Source of the DNA: Minisyncoccota bacterium
GTDB lineage: Bacteria > Patescibacteriota > Minisyncoccia > UBA6257 > GWB1-50-10
NCBI GenBank assembly: GCA_020059585.1
Contig: JAGVBU010000009.1
Location: 962-64,961 of the forward strand
DNA: 64,000 bases
Direction of reading: 5' to 3'
Made by a program: the position numbers and the translations under genes. Positions within the stretch are counted from its first letter, which is position 1; every line of letters starts with the position of its first letter. Shown one piece after another: positions 32,990 to 42,464 of the stretch. The notes beneath the pieces were generated by a model. That model was given only the letters and a program-made list of their open reading frames with translations, ran no database searches and was not told where the DNA came from.

Positions 32990-33802
32990 TTATCGTGGAG
33001 TAAGCGTGCTAATCGAAACATCGGCAAGGCAGGGATAATTATAGAAAAAGACCATCCTGTCCTCGGGATCAAATCCGGTAACGGTTCCCTCAAGAAGAAC
33101 CTCTCCCGAATATTGAGTTCCGCGGGGATTATTCCAATGCGCATATACATAAGGAAATTTTTCGTTTTTGGGTATTCTCTCAATAACATGCCACTTTCCG
33201 TCCGTAGCATTAAAAAGAACCGTCCCTTTCCATGAAATTTGGTCCCCTATCTTTATTCCCGATAACACTTCGCATGACTCATTGACGCTTTCCGTTAACT
33301 CAGAAACGCGTTCGGCGTCTTCAGAATAAGACCTGTTCAATTCCCATATGGAAAAATTGAGAGCTGAAGCGAAGGATACCCACATGATATACGGAATAAA
33401 AAGGATTCCCGCCACGGCGCGGACTCGCGCAAAAAGAATCGCGGTCCACACAATGGACACGAAAAGGATCGCAATCTCAATAAGCCCCCAGAAAGGACTC
33501 TGCAATCCAAAAAATATTATTGACCATGCGGCGTTTAAAAAAAGGTGTCCAAGAAAGACGATTATCGCGATTTTTTTTTGTACTTTATCGCCATTACTCG
33601 TCCACACAAGATAGAGCGCGATTCCCATAGCAAGGTACAATGCCGTCCACGCCGGTCCAAAAAGCCAGTTCGGAGGAGTAAACCACGGTTTCACAAGCGC
33701 CCCATACCACGAATCAATCGCGGGAGCGGTAAAGAATGACCCGAGAAATCCGGCAATAAGCGGCGCGGAAAGAGACACCGCGAGTTTTATATAATTAATC
33801 AT
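32990..33802 (-). CDS. tspO: TspO/MBR family protein with about 110-aa C-terminal soluble extension
   Basis: N-terminal 160 aa: WYGALVKPWFTPPNWLFGPAWTALYLAMGIALYLVW and 5 TM (TspO signature). The C-terminus is a hydrophilic, beta-rich extra domain. Confidence 0.75.
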   Translation of the reverse strand: MINYIKLAVSLSAPLIAGFLGSFFTAPAIDSWYGALVKPWFTPPNWLFGPAWTALYLAMGIALYLVWTSNGDKVQKKIAIIVFLGHLFLNAAWSIIFFGLQSPFWGLIEIAILFVSIVWTAILFARVRAVAGILFIPYIMWVSFASALNFSIWELNRSYSEDAERVSELTESVNESCEVLSGIKIGDQISWKGTVLFNATDGKWHVIERIPKNEKFPYVYAHWNNPRGTQYSGEVLLEGTVTGFDPEDRMVFFYNYPCLADVSISTLTPR

Positions 33803-34686
33803 ACGTTCTTTTTTTCGGCAATGTTCTTCATCATCGTAAGCGATTCCTGAAAAATAGCGAGATTTTTGCTTACGGCATCAGGTAATTTCTCCCGAGAAAG
33901 GATATTCGCTTGCGCCTCGAGGGATTTCATGAAATTTCCGAACACGTTTCTTTCTTTTTCCGAAACGGCGTCACTGTATTCCATACGCACAAGAGCGTCA
34001 TCAAGTTCTTCGGTGGTAAGGCTTAGAAAGAATACTGGAAGATTTTTGATCTCTTTTCTCACCATGAGACCGTTTTCTATAGTCACTCCATATGCAAGCG
34101 TAGATCCCCCCGCCCGCGCTTTTTTCTTTATCTTTTCCTCCTTTGCGTCCGCGCGGTTACTCGCCTTGTGATCATGCACCTCGTCAAACGTGCATACCAC
34201 ATCTCCCGTCTTTTTATTCACCATCACCGTATCAATTCCATTCATGTAATCATCATACGCGCTTGCGGGAACCACGATAAAGTCGTCTTTTAACATCTTA
34301 TTGAAAAGAATCGTCGTAAAAATCTCCATCTGTCTGCCCTTTTCCCTTTCTTTGTGCTGAGCGCGGATACGCACAATATCCTCCTCGGTATGCGCATCAT
34401 ATTGCGTCGCATAAAATTCCCGAGCACGCGTTTCGCGCGCGCCACTCCATTCAACTTCAAGTTCAAACATTTTATTTTTGTCCGCCTCTACTCTCTCCTT
34501 CGTATATCCCGCATTACCAACAAATCCATCTATTGATATCGCTCCGCGTTCATCAACCAGATCATGTATACCATATGCTTCGCGCACGGACGAATTTACC
34601 TGTTCCGACATTCTTGTCATGAGCGCGCACAATTTATCCGCGGGATGTTCTACCTTTTCTCGGTTCTGTTTTGGAAATTGTTCCAT
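33799..34686 (-). CDS. hypothetical protein
   Basis: Start moved to internal MEQFPKQ...; the ORF-track start at 34968 would overlap nagZ by 170 nt. Confidence 0.4.
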   Translation of the reverse strand: MEQFPKQNREKVEHPADKLCALMTRMSEQVNSSVREAYGIHDLVDERGAISIDGFVGNAGYTKERVEADKNKMFELEVEWSGARETRAREFYATQYDAHTEEDIVRIRAQHKEREKGRQMEIFTTILFNKMLKDDFIVVPASAYDDYMNGIDTVMVNKKTGDVVCTFDEVHDHKASNRADAKEEKIKKKARAGGSTLAYGVTIENGLMVRKEIKNLPVFFLSLTTEELDDALVRMEYSDAVSEKERNVFGNFMKSLEAQANILSREKLPDAVSKNLAIFQESLTMMKNIAEKKNV

Positions 34687-34795
34687 ATATGTTCGACTCG
34701 CATTCACCGATTCTGAATTCTTTCCTATACCTGTATATTTTAGCACGACGAGAACCAAAAAACTCAATGTCCTCGTTCGTGATGTGTAGAGTATA

Positions 34796-35980
34796 ATGTA
34801 TAGTATGAAAAAGATATTTGTACCGCTCATCGCACTTACAATTGTAATCGCGGGAGGGATGTATCTTTCCCGATTAAAATCCATGGAATCGACGCGCGTA
34901 CCGGAGAAAGAGTCGGAACCGGTAGCAAGAGAAGAATCTATACGCGAGGATGATATAAAAAGACTCATTGGACAAATGCTTATCGTTGGATTCCGCGGAA
35001 CATCGGCTGATGAAAATTCTTATATCACAAAATCAGTGAGAGATCTGAATCTCGGCGGCATCATTCTCTTTGATTATGATGTTCCAAGCGGCACAAAAGG
35101 GAGAAACATTGTGGACCCCGTGCAAACGAAAAAACTCATTTCCGACATTGTCTCGTATGCTAATACTCCTCTCTTTGTCTCAATAGACGCGGAAGGCGGT
35201 CTTGTGAACAGGTTAAAACCCACATATGGATTTGCGGAGATTCCTTCTCATGAAACACTAGGAAAAGGAACCGCGGAAAAGACGCGTGCTACGGCAAATA
35301 TTCTAGGGCAACAACTTTCCGCGCTCGGTATTAATTTCAATTTTGCACCCGTCATTGACGTAAACGTGAATCCCGAAAATCCTGTCATCGGAAAACTCGG
35401 GCGTTCGTTCGGAACAAACCCAGAAAAAGTTTCTATGCATGGAGCCGCGTTCATTGAAGGACTTCACTCCTCCGGAATACTCACTTCCGTAAAACACTTT
35501 CCCGGGCACGGAAGTTCCGCGGCAGATAGCCATCTTGGGATGGTGGACATCACACACTCATATAAGGAAGAGGAACTGGAACCATTCCGGACTCTTATCG
35601 CGGAGGGATCCGCGGATACCGTAATGGTCGCTCATGTATTTAATAAAACCATTGACGAAAATTATCCCGCATCGCTTTCTGAAAAATTTATAAAGGAACT
35701 GCTTCGTACGACGCTTGGATTTACGGGTGTCGTCGTATCAGATGATATGAATATGGGCGCGATACGGAAACATTACGGATTTGAGGAAGCGGTGGTACGC
35801 GCGGTACAGGCGGGAAACGACATTCTCATCATCTCAAATAATGGTGATATATATGACGAAGAGTATCCGAAACGCGCGGTGGATGCGATTGTGCGCGCGG
35901 TGAAAACTGGAGAGATTCCCCTTTCGGATATCTATGCGTCAGCAGAAAGGATCCGAATATTAAAAGAAAAAATACGATAA
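34796..35980 (+). CDS. nagZ: beta-N-acetylhexosaminidase (GH3), membrane/secreted
   Basis: 394 aa; N-terminal TM/signal; GH3 motifs KHFPGHG and DAEGG. Confidence 0.8.
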   Translation: MYSMKKIFVPLIALTIVIAGGMYLSRLKSMESTRVPEKESEPVAREESIREDDIKRLIGQMLIVGFRGTSADENSYITKSVRDLNLGGIILFDYDVPSGTKGRNIVDPVQTKKLISDIVSYANTPLFVSIDAEGGLVNRLKPTYGFAEIPSHETLGKGTAEKTRATANILGQQLSALGINFNFAPVIDVNVNPENPVIGKLGRSFGTNPEKVSMHGAAFIEGLHSSGILTSVKHFPGHGSSAADSHLGMVDITHSYKEEELEPFRTLIAEGSADTVMVAHVFNKTIDENYPASLSEKFIKELLRTTLGFTGVVVSDDMNMGAIRKHYGFEEAVVRAVQAGNDILIISNNGDIYDEEYPKRAVDAIVRAVKTGEIPLSDIYASAERIRILKEKIR

Positions 35981-35989
35981 AAGGTTATT

Positions 35990-36727
35990 TTGTTCCATAT
36001 GGAGCATTCGAGAGTTTTCGGGTATTATAAAAAAATAATGCACACAACGCATACAATTCTCATTTCTGACGTGCATCTCGGGAGCAACGTGAGCCGAGCA
36101 AAAAAACTCGTGGAAACGCTGCAAGAATGGGAATTTAAGAAACTCATACTCCTCGGCGATATTTTTGATGATCTCAACTTTGAACGATTAAACAAAGATC
36201 ATTGGGAATTTCTTTCATACATACAGAAGTTTTCGCGGTCTGAAAAAAAAGTCGAGGTGATATGGATACGAGGAAACCACGATGAGCTTCTGGGGCAGGT
36301 TGCGTCCGCGCTTCTTGGTGTCGAGATACTGGAAACGTACGCGTGGGAACACGCGGGAGAAAAGTATATCGCGATTCACGGACATCAATATGATCGCTTT
36401 CTTGTAAATAATAAATTCCTTTCGGACCTCGCGTCCGCGTTCTACATACTCCTACAGAAAATAGACATGAGAAAACGGCGTTTCAGCAGATTCGTGAAAC
36501 GAATGAGCAAGAGGTGGCTTCGTCTTTCTGAAAAAGTCGCGCGTTCGGCAATACGCCTTGGAGAATCAAAGGGTGCACGGCACGTATTTTGTGGTCATAC
36601 GCATCTCGCGATAGAAAAACGAAATGACCGTGTAAACTATTTCAATACGGGATGCTGGACCGATATTCCCTCAACTTTTGCAACAATTTCGGACGAGGGG
36701 AAAATCGCATTGCATACAATAGATTAA
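35990..36727 (+). CDS. calcineurin-like metallophosphoesterase
   Basis: 245 aa; DVHLG, GDIFDD, GNHDE, GHQYD, GHTH metal-ligand motifs. Confidence 0.7.
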   Translation: MFHMEHSRVFGYYKKIMHTTHTILISDVHLGSNVSRAKKLVETLQEWEFKKLILLGDIFDDLNFERLNKDHWEFLSYIQKFSRSEKKVEVIWIRGNHDELLGQVASALLGVEILETYAWEHAGEKYIAIHGHQYDRFLVNNKFLSDLASAFYILLQKIDMRKRRFSRFVKRMSKRWLRLSEKVARSAIRLGESKGARHVFCGHTHLAIEKRNDRVNYFNTGCWTDIPSTFATISDEGKIALHTID

Positions 36728-36732
36728 AAAAA

Positions 36733-36752
36733 TGGGAGATCTCTCGATCTCC
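36733..36752 (-). terminator. strong intrinsic terminator (minus-strand orientation)
   Basis: gggagatc-tctc-gatctccc 8-bp GC-rich stem; on the minus strand it is followed by ATTTTTTT. Confidence 0.65.
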
Positions 36753-37098
36753 CCTCCTAATTTAACTGATGGCCAAGCACAGGCACCTTTCTGCTTATGC
36801 CCTTGGCATTTCTCCCGAATGGGGGTGGTCTTTCACTTGTGGCTCCATCGGAACCTAAATCCCGATCTCTCAGCCCACCACCTATTGCTACGCGCCATTC
36901 TTGCCAGCAAACAAGAACGAATGGAGTCGAACCATTGCCCGTCCAGTAAAATCGCGTATGACGGGATCCGCCCTCGTTCCCAGAGTCAGAATACATCCGG
37001 AAAAAAGAAAATATTCAAAAACAACTGTCTGGAGAATACATCCGGACTCTATCTCCTGTCAATCTCGATGTGTTACGCCCCCAAGAGACATCGAATTT

Positions 37099-37611
37099 TT
37101 ACACCACTTTATAATGAAGCTGAGTGGTGTTCTCGTTCAGTTTTTTCGTTTCGAGAAGCTCAAGTTCGCATCCAAAATCCGTGTCGGCAAAAATCTTTAT
37201 TCCTTTTCCGAAAAGAACCGGCTCCACGTCAAAATACATTTCATCAATGAGTCCCTCCCGCGCGAACGAGGCATTCAAGAGTCCCCCTCCCGCAAGAAAC
37301 GCGGTTGAGAAACCCATCTCCTCAAGCATGGAAATAATGTCCTTCGGTGATTTATCCGTAAAAACGACATTCTTTCCCCACTTGTTTTCGAATTTTTGAT
37401 GTGTCACGACTACATTCACCGCCTCAGGAAATGGAAAATAACCCTGTCGTGATGCCTCGAGAAAGGTATTTTTTCCCAGAATGATGTTCCCCGCTTTTCT
37501 GCTTTCATCATAAAATCCCTTCAAATCCTCATCCGAGGTCCATTCAGAGTTCCCGTCCTCTTTTGCAATATATCCATTGGGCGTAATACCCATATAAAGA
37601 ATCACTTTCAT
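37099..37611 (-). CDS. dihydrofolate reductase family protein (RibD C-terminal domain type)
   Basis: Start at MKVILYMGITPNGYIAKEDG; RibD_C/YwjB-like pattern. Confidence 0.7.
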   Translation of the reverse strand: MKVILYMGITPNGYIAKEDGNSEWTSDEDLKGFYDESRKAGNIILGKNTFLEASRQGYFPFPEAVNVVVTHQKFENKWGKNVVFTDKSPKDIISMLEEMGFSTAFLAGGGLLNASFAREGLIDEMYFDVEPVLFGKGIKIFADTDFGCELELLETKKLNENTTQLHYKVV

Positions 37612-37764
37612 ATATACATTATCTCTCCCCTCTGCGATAAAGGCAATCCGCGCGATAAGAAGAAATACTCTTCCAAAAACACACATCGCGCGTTATATTG
37701 ACTGAAACTATTTTTTATAGCATTATAACAAACAGTAATATTAATTCACCGAGAAGGAGTAGTT

Positions 37765-38169
37765 ATGAACGAACCGAAAAAGTTCTATTTTTATGACGTT
37801 GACGGAAAAGCGCAAGAATATCCCAATTCCGACACGGTCATCATTTCGGAAATCCAGTTACCAATAAAAGACGAAAGCGAAATGCTCATCGAAGATATCT
37901 TTGATCTGAGTGACGCGCAGCCCGCTGACTATGACAGGAATCCCCTCCCTGTATGTTTCGATGCCCATCTTGAAAAAACGATAGGCGCCTCTCTTTTCGA
38001 TATTCTTGAATACGAAGGTAGAGTGGGTGTTGCGCAGTATCACGGCGGAATATTCTGGTTTGATATATCGTTCTGCGATCTCTTTGACGAAAAGGAATCC
38101 GGTGCGTGGATATTAATCGCCATAATCCTCACTCTCGCGCTCATAGGCGGTGCGTTTCTTCTTTTTTAG
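37765..38169 (+). CDS. hypothetical C-terminally TM-anchored acidic protein
   Basis: 134 aa; GAAGGAG RBS; C-terminal TM AWILIAIILTLALIGGAFLLF. Confidence 0.45.
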   Translation: MNEPKKFYFYDVDGKAQEYPNSDTVIISEIQLPIKDESEMLIEDIFDLSDAQPADYDRNPLPVCFDAHLEKTIGASLFDILEYEGRVGVAQYHGGIFWFDISFCDLFDEKESGAWILIAIILTLALIGGAFLLF

Positions 38170-38181
38170 AAATATTCACAT

Positions 38182-38208
38182 AAAAACCCCCTTGTACGGG
38201 GGTTTTTT
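38182..38208. terminator. bidirectional intrinsic terminator
   Basis: aaaaaccccc-ttgtac-gggggtttttt. Confidence 0.7.
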
Positions 38209-40030
38209 ATTTTTCTCCCGCGCGCAATATCCTTTTTCTATCATTATCAGTAAGATACATTTTTCTTATGCGAATATTCTTGGGCGTTACCTCAACGAGC
38301 TCATCATCGCCGATATATTCCAACGCGTCTTCAAGATCCATGGCACGGGGCACGTCGAGCTGTTCCCGAAGTCCCATATTTTTGGATCGAAAGTTTGTGA
38401 GTTCTTTGGTGCGACACACATTTACGATAACATCTCCGAGTTTTGCGTTTTTTCCCACAACCATTCCCTCATAGATTGAAACCCCCGGACCTATAAAAAG
38501 CGTTCCCCGTTCCTCAGCATTCAGAAGTCCGTATGTATTTGACGTGCCCGATTCCGAAGCGACAAGAGATCCATGCGTATCATTTGATAAATCTCCTTTG
38601 TACGATTCATACCCGACGAAGATGCTGTTCATAATCCCCATGCCCCGCGTCGAAGTCAAAAACTCATTTCGCATCCCGATAAGCCCACGCGTTGGCACGA
38701 GAAAATCAAGATACGCGATGCCACGGTCGACATTCATATCTTTCATGACGCCGAGACGCTTTCCAAGCATTTCGATTACAATACCCGAATGTTCTTCCGG
38801 CACCTCGATGGAAACCAATTCCATCGGTTCAACCTTCTTTCCATTATCTTCTTTGAAAATAACCTGCGGTTTTGATACTTCAAGTTCATACCCCTCCCGC
38901 CGCATCTTTTCGATAAGAATCGCGAGATGGAGTTCTCCGCGCCCCGCCACCGTCCACCGATCGGGTGATTCATTCTCTGAAACAGTGAGCGCAACGTCGG
39001 TTTCCACTTCGCGCATCAGCCGCTCCCTTAAATTCCGCGACGTGGTATATTCACCCTCCTTTCCCATAAACGGAGACGTGTTCACGCCGAATGTCATCTT
39101 TACGGTCGGTTCATCAATGTGTATTACGGGAAGCGCTTCCGGAGAATTTACGTCGGCGATCGTTTCTCCAATTGATACCGAGGGGATCCCTGATATCGCG
39201 ACAATCTCTCCCGCATACGCCTCATCGACATCGATTCTTGCCAACCCCTCGAAAAGCATCACGCTGCCAATCTGCACTTTCGATATGTCTCCTTTGCGAG
39301 AAATATGGGCAACCGTCATTCCTTTTTTGAGTGTTCCGGCATACAAACGTCCAATTGCTACCTTTCCCTTATAATTGTCATACGTAGAATTCACGGTAAG
39401 CATCTGCAGTGGCTTCTTTTCATCCACTACTGGCGCGGGAATCGCGCGGACGATCGCGTCAAAAAGCGGTATTATGTTTTCCATATTTTCAAGATCAGAA
39501 TCAAGCCCAGCCTTTCCCTGCGCGGCGGACGCGTAAATCACGGGGAAATCCACCTGCGCATCGGTTGCGCCGAGTTCTATAAAAAGATCATATGTTCGTT
39601 CAAGCGCCCATGCCGGACGCGCATCTTTCTTGTCAATTTTGTTTATCACCACAATCGCCGGATGACCCGCCTGAATTGCCTTCTGAAGGACGAACTTTGT
39701 CTGCGGCATTGGACCCTCCTTCGCGTCTACGACAAGCAGCACTCCGTCCACCATGCGCATGATACGCTCAACCTCCCCTCCAAAATCGGCGTGTCCCGGC
39801 GTATCCACAATATTTACCTTTGTCTCGCCATAGCGAATCGAGGCATTTTTTGAAAAAATTGTGATGCCGCGTTCCCGCTCAAGCTCATTCGAATCCATAA
39901 TAAGCTCCTTCACCGCATCGGATTTCATCTTAAAATTTTCTGACTGCTTCAAAAGCGCGTCTACAAGCGTCGTCTTTCCGTGGTCAACGTGGGCGATAAT
40001 CGCGATATTTCGTATATTTTTTGCTTCCAT
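38207..40030 (-). CDS. typA: translational GTPase BipA/TypA
   Basis: Start at [22 protein letters not shown] (G1 motif); 607 aa. The ORF-track 48-codon N-extension has no homology. Confidence 0.9.
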   Translation of the reverse strand: MEAKNIRNIAIIAHVDHGKTTLVDALLKQSENFKMKSDAVKELIMDSNELERERGITIFSKNASIRYGETKVNIVDTPGHADFGGEVERIMRMVDGVLLVVDAKEGPMPQTKFVLQKAIQAGHPAIVVINKIDKKDARPAWALERTYDLFIELGATDAQVDFPVIYASAAQGKAGLDSDLENMENIIPLFDAIVRAIPAPVVDEKKPLQMLTVNSTYDNYKGKVAIGRLYAGTLKKGMTVAHISRKGDISKVQIGSVMLFEGLARIDVDEAYAGEIVAISGIPSVSIGETIADVNSPEALPVIHIDEPTVKMTFGVNTSPFMGKEGEYTTSRNLRERLMREVETDVALTVSENESPDRWTVAGRGELHLAILIEKMRREGYELEVSKPQVIFKEDNGKKVEPMELVSIEVPEEHSGIVIEMLGKRLGVMKDMNVDRGIAYLDFLVPTRGLIGMRNEFLTSTRGMGIMNSIFVGYESYKGDLSNDTHGSLVASESGTSNTYGLLNAEERGTLFIGPGVSIYEGMVVGKNAKLGDVIVNVCRTKELTNFRSKNMGLREQLDVPRAMDLEDALEYIGDDELVEVTPKNIRIRKMYLTDNDRKRILRAGEK

Positions 40031-40111
40031 AATGAAAATGCCCTCTTGGGGCAATATCTCATACCTCGCGCGATTCATTGTGCGATAAAACCCCAAAAAA
40101 GGCAATAAAAA

Positions 40112-40132
40112 AAGCGGAGATATTCCCCGCTT
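40112..40132 (-). terminator. intrinsic terminator after the small-protein operon
   Basis: gcgg-N9-ccgc hairpin followed by a T7 run on the minus strand. Confidence 0.45.
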
Positions 40133-40143
40133 ATAATTTTTCT

Positions 40144-40395
40144 TTAAAGTTCTATTCCATTTTCTTCCGCCCAATCACCAAGCGTGGGCTCTCTAAAATA
40201 TTCCGAATAAAAACCGAATCTCGGAACACCATCGTCACCGTCTCCGCACCGATGGGTTTTAGCCCTCTTTAATTCTTTGATATCGATACCGACATCCTTA
40301 TAGGGCCCTACAACCTTCTCCTGCCAATCCGCGGATGACGTGACATATCCGAAAAACAGGTTTCCTTCAAACCAAAAGGTAATCCACTCTTTCAT
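40144..40395 (-). CDS. hypothetical small soluble protein
   Basis: 83 aa, Trp/Asp-rich (HRCGDGDDG); third gene of a terminator-bracketed operon. Confidence 0.4.
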   Translation of the reverse strand: MKEWITFWFEGNLFFGYVTSSADWQEKVVGPYKDVGIDIKELKRAKTHRCGDGDDGVPRFGFYSEYFREPTLGDWAEENGIEL

Positions 40396-40417
40396 TTTTT
40401 TCCTACTCCTTTATTTC

Positions 40418-40864
40418 CTATGGATAAAAAATCAATTTCTCGTGTTTTTTCCATGATCGCCTTGAAATGAAAATCGACGCAAGAAGCCACATGAAAAGAA
40501 AAATGCTCGATATGAAGATTCCCAGAAGGACAGACATCTCTGTCTTAAGAATAAGAAACCATGTCACGAGTCCGTTTCCAAAAACAAAAACCGTCACGGC
40601 AAAAAATGCGTTCCACGAATAGTTAAAGCCATACGCGTCTTTTTCCGCTTCCACAAACGCGCCGAGAAACCCTTCCACAAAAAGCATAAGAGTAAGAAGA
40701 GGAAAAAAGAAAATAGCTTTAAAAAAATACTTTATTTTCCTTTTTGTTCCAATTTCCCCCGTTCCCCTGTTTTTCTCGGTGCTTTTAAGAAAAAGGGATA
40801 AGTATATCCGCGCGATAATCTGGGTTGCGCATAAGAATACGAATGCCGTGAATATCGCGATCAT
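40418..40864 (-). CDS. hypothetical 4-TM membrane protein (paralog of upstream gene)
   Basis: 148 aa; shares a Y-G-(F/W)...TWF helix pattern with 40861..41271; 4-nt start/stop overlap. Confidence 0.45.
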   Translation of the reverse strand: MIAIFTAFVFLCATQIIARIYLSLFLKSTEKNRGTGEIGTKRKIKYFFKAIFFFPLLTLMLFVEGFLGAFVEAEKDAYGFNYSWNAFFAVTVFVFGNGLVTWFLILKTEMSVLLGIFISSIFLFMWLLASIFISRRSWKKHEKLIFYP

Positions 40865-41271
40865 GGTTCCTCCTTGGAATCAAAATCTTTCTGAATTTGA
40901 GGAAGTGCCGCGGGATTCCAAAATATTGCAATAATCAAAGATACCACAAACCACGTCATTATTCCCGAAACGGTTATTCGCGCCGTATCAAGAAAATCTC
41001 CCCATCCATAGACGCTCCATGCACTCGCGATGGAAAACACCCCCGCAAGAACCGCGATGCCTGCCATTATGAATTTTTCAATGTGGCGCGAAATTGCCAT
41101 TCCTATCAGAAAAAAGAAGAAAGGCCAAAATATGAACGATGCCCGTTGTATTCTTCTCCTTTCCTTTGTTTCAAGCGGACCCTCATCCGCCTGCCACGCG
41201 ATAAGCATCAAATATCCTACTATCTGCGATACGATGACGGAAACAGCTAAAATAAACGCTATCTTGTCCAT
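40861..41271 (-). CDS. hypothetical 4-TM membrane protein
   Basis: 136 aa; AGGAG RBS 6 nt upstream; first gene after the terminators. Confidence 0.45.
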   Translation of the reverse strand: MDKIAFILAVSVIVSQIVGYLMLIAWQADEGPLETKERRRIQRASFIFWPFFFFLIGMAISRHIEKFIMAGIAVLAGVFSIASAWSVYGWGDFLDTARITVSGIMTWFVVSLIIAIFWNPAALPQIQKDFDSKEEP

Positions 41272-41352
41272 TACATAACTCCTAGTTTGTTAATTGAATC
41301 TGCATACAATAAACCACTTTTTGCAAGATTTGACAAGTTTTTTTCCAATTTC

Positions 41353-41420
41353 AAAAACACTCCCAAAGGGAGTGTTTTTTTATGCATACGTATTAAATGC
41401 AAACCCCGAAATCGGGGTTT
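41353..41420. terminator. two tandem hairpins downstream of add
   Basis: acactccc-aaa-gggagtgt flanked by A5/T6 (41353-41381), then aaaccccg-aaat-cggggttt (41401-41420). Confidence 0.55.
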
Positions 41421-41428
41421 ATGTGTTG

Positions 41429-42403
41429 TTATGATTGTATTTTTCTGAAAGCGCCGCGAAACACGTTTTCTTCAAGCTTTTTCACCTGTATCTTCGAAAA
41501 GTCGTGTTCCGCATCGCATTCAGAGATTACCTCATCCATCGGCGGAAGAAAAAGATCATCGTCGGAATTCATTGTGTAAACAACCCCCGCGTCAAGAAGA
41601 CGATCAATATGGAGATCGCGCACACTTTCTATGAGCCCCGATCGAAGGTTTGAAAGCGGACACCCCGCAACGCGTATTCCCTCACCAAGAACGATCCGCA
41701 TAAGTTCCTTATCGCTTCCGAGCGGGATTGCGTGCCCGATGCCGTGGCACCGAAGATCAAAGATCGCCGTCCGTATGTTATCAAGAAGCCGTTTCTTATA
41801 GGTTTCCTTCGGTTCAGAAAGAACCCATTCTCCCGCATGACAATCTCTCTTTACGTTCGTACCGAACGTGAGCGCATATGCCTTGAGATGTTTTTCGGGG
41901 GGGTGATTCGCTTCGTCGCATACAAGGTCAAGCGCGATTTCTCCGTCGTATTCCACCGCGATTTTTGCGATTTCAATTCCCGTATTTTCATCCGCCTCTC
42001 TTCCGATGCATACAACCGGCATCACGGATATTCCAAATTCTTTTTCGCCGAAGCGGATTCCCTGTACAATCGCATCAGTCGCTCCCCGCATCGTCAGTCC
42101 GCGCTTCGTGTGATATTGGGGAGCAAACTTTCCCTCAATATATGAATATCCTTCTTTTGCTCTTCGTTTTACGTAATTAAAGCCGAGTATTTCGAGGGAT
42201 TCCCTCGTTTGCAGCACATCGGTTATCACCGAAAAACGTTTCACAATATCAATATGGGGATTCTTGAAAAATTCGAGAATATCTTCTTTCGCGCCAAACG
42301 GATATTTCTTTTTTGCCTGCGCATAAAGCGCCGGAAGAATATCGGCAACAACGCTGCTCCCATCGATATGATCGTGGAGTAGTCCTTTTATTTCTGGTCT
42401 CAC
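41429..42403 (-). CDS. add: adenosine/adenine deaminase family amidohydrolase
   Basis: 324 aa; metal-binding LHDHIDGS and downstream HAGE / SDD motifs. Confidence 0.8.
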   Translation of the reverse strand: MRPEIKGLLHDHIDGSSVVADILPALYAQAKKKYPFGAKEDILEFFKNPHIDIVKRFSVITDVLQTRESLEILGFNYVKRRAKEGYSYIEGKFAPQYHTKRGLTMRGATDAIVQGIRFGEKEFGISVMPVVCIGREADENTGIEIAKIAVEYDGEIALDLVCDEANHPPEKHLKAYALTFGTNVKRDCHAGEWVLSEPKETYKKRLLDNIRTAIFDLRCHGIGHAIPLGSDKELMRIVLGEGIRVAGCPLSNLRSGLIESVRDLHIDRLLDAGVVYTMNSDDDLFLPPMDEVISECDAEHDFSKIQVKKLEENVFRGAFRKIQS

Positions 42404-42464
42404 TTCCGTCTCCTTTTTTTATTTTCTGATTGAAAGTATACCCCCTCGGTTTTCCCCTGTCACC

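Noticed and set aside
36753-37098. Tried to assign the candidate ncRNA to RNase P RNA, tmRNA or SRP RNA by eye
   Set aside because: TCCGGACTC resembles the P4 strand AGTCCGGGCTC. But the second copy is a direct, not complementary, repeat. No GGTAAGAGCGCACC-like CR-V, no tmRNA acceptor/CCA end or tag ORF. Left unclassified.
36732-37250. 172-aa ORF spanning the non-coding gap and running into the RibD-C gene
   Set aside because: No RBS, no motif, and it overlaps the well-supported minus-strand DHFR-like gene by 150 nt. The region is treated as non-coding / candidate ncRNA instead.
38544-39374. 276-aa Ser/Thr-rich ORF and other plus-strand ORFs inside typA
   Set aside because: Antisense of a highly conserved GTPase. 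Composition is typical of reverse-frame GTPase codons.
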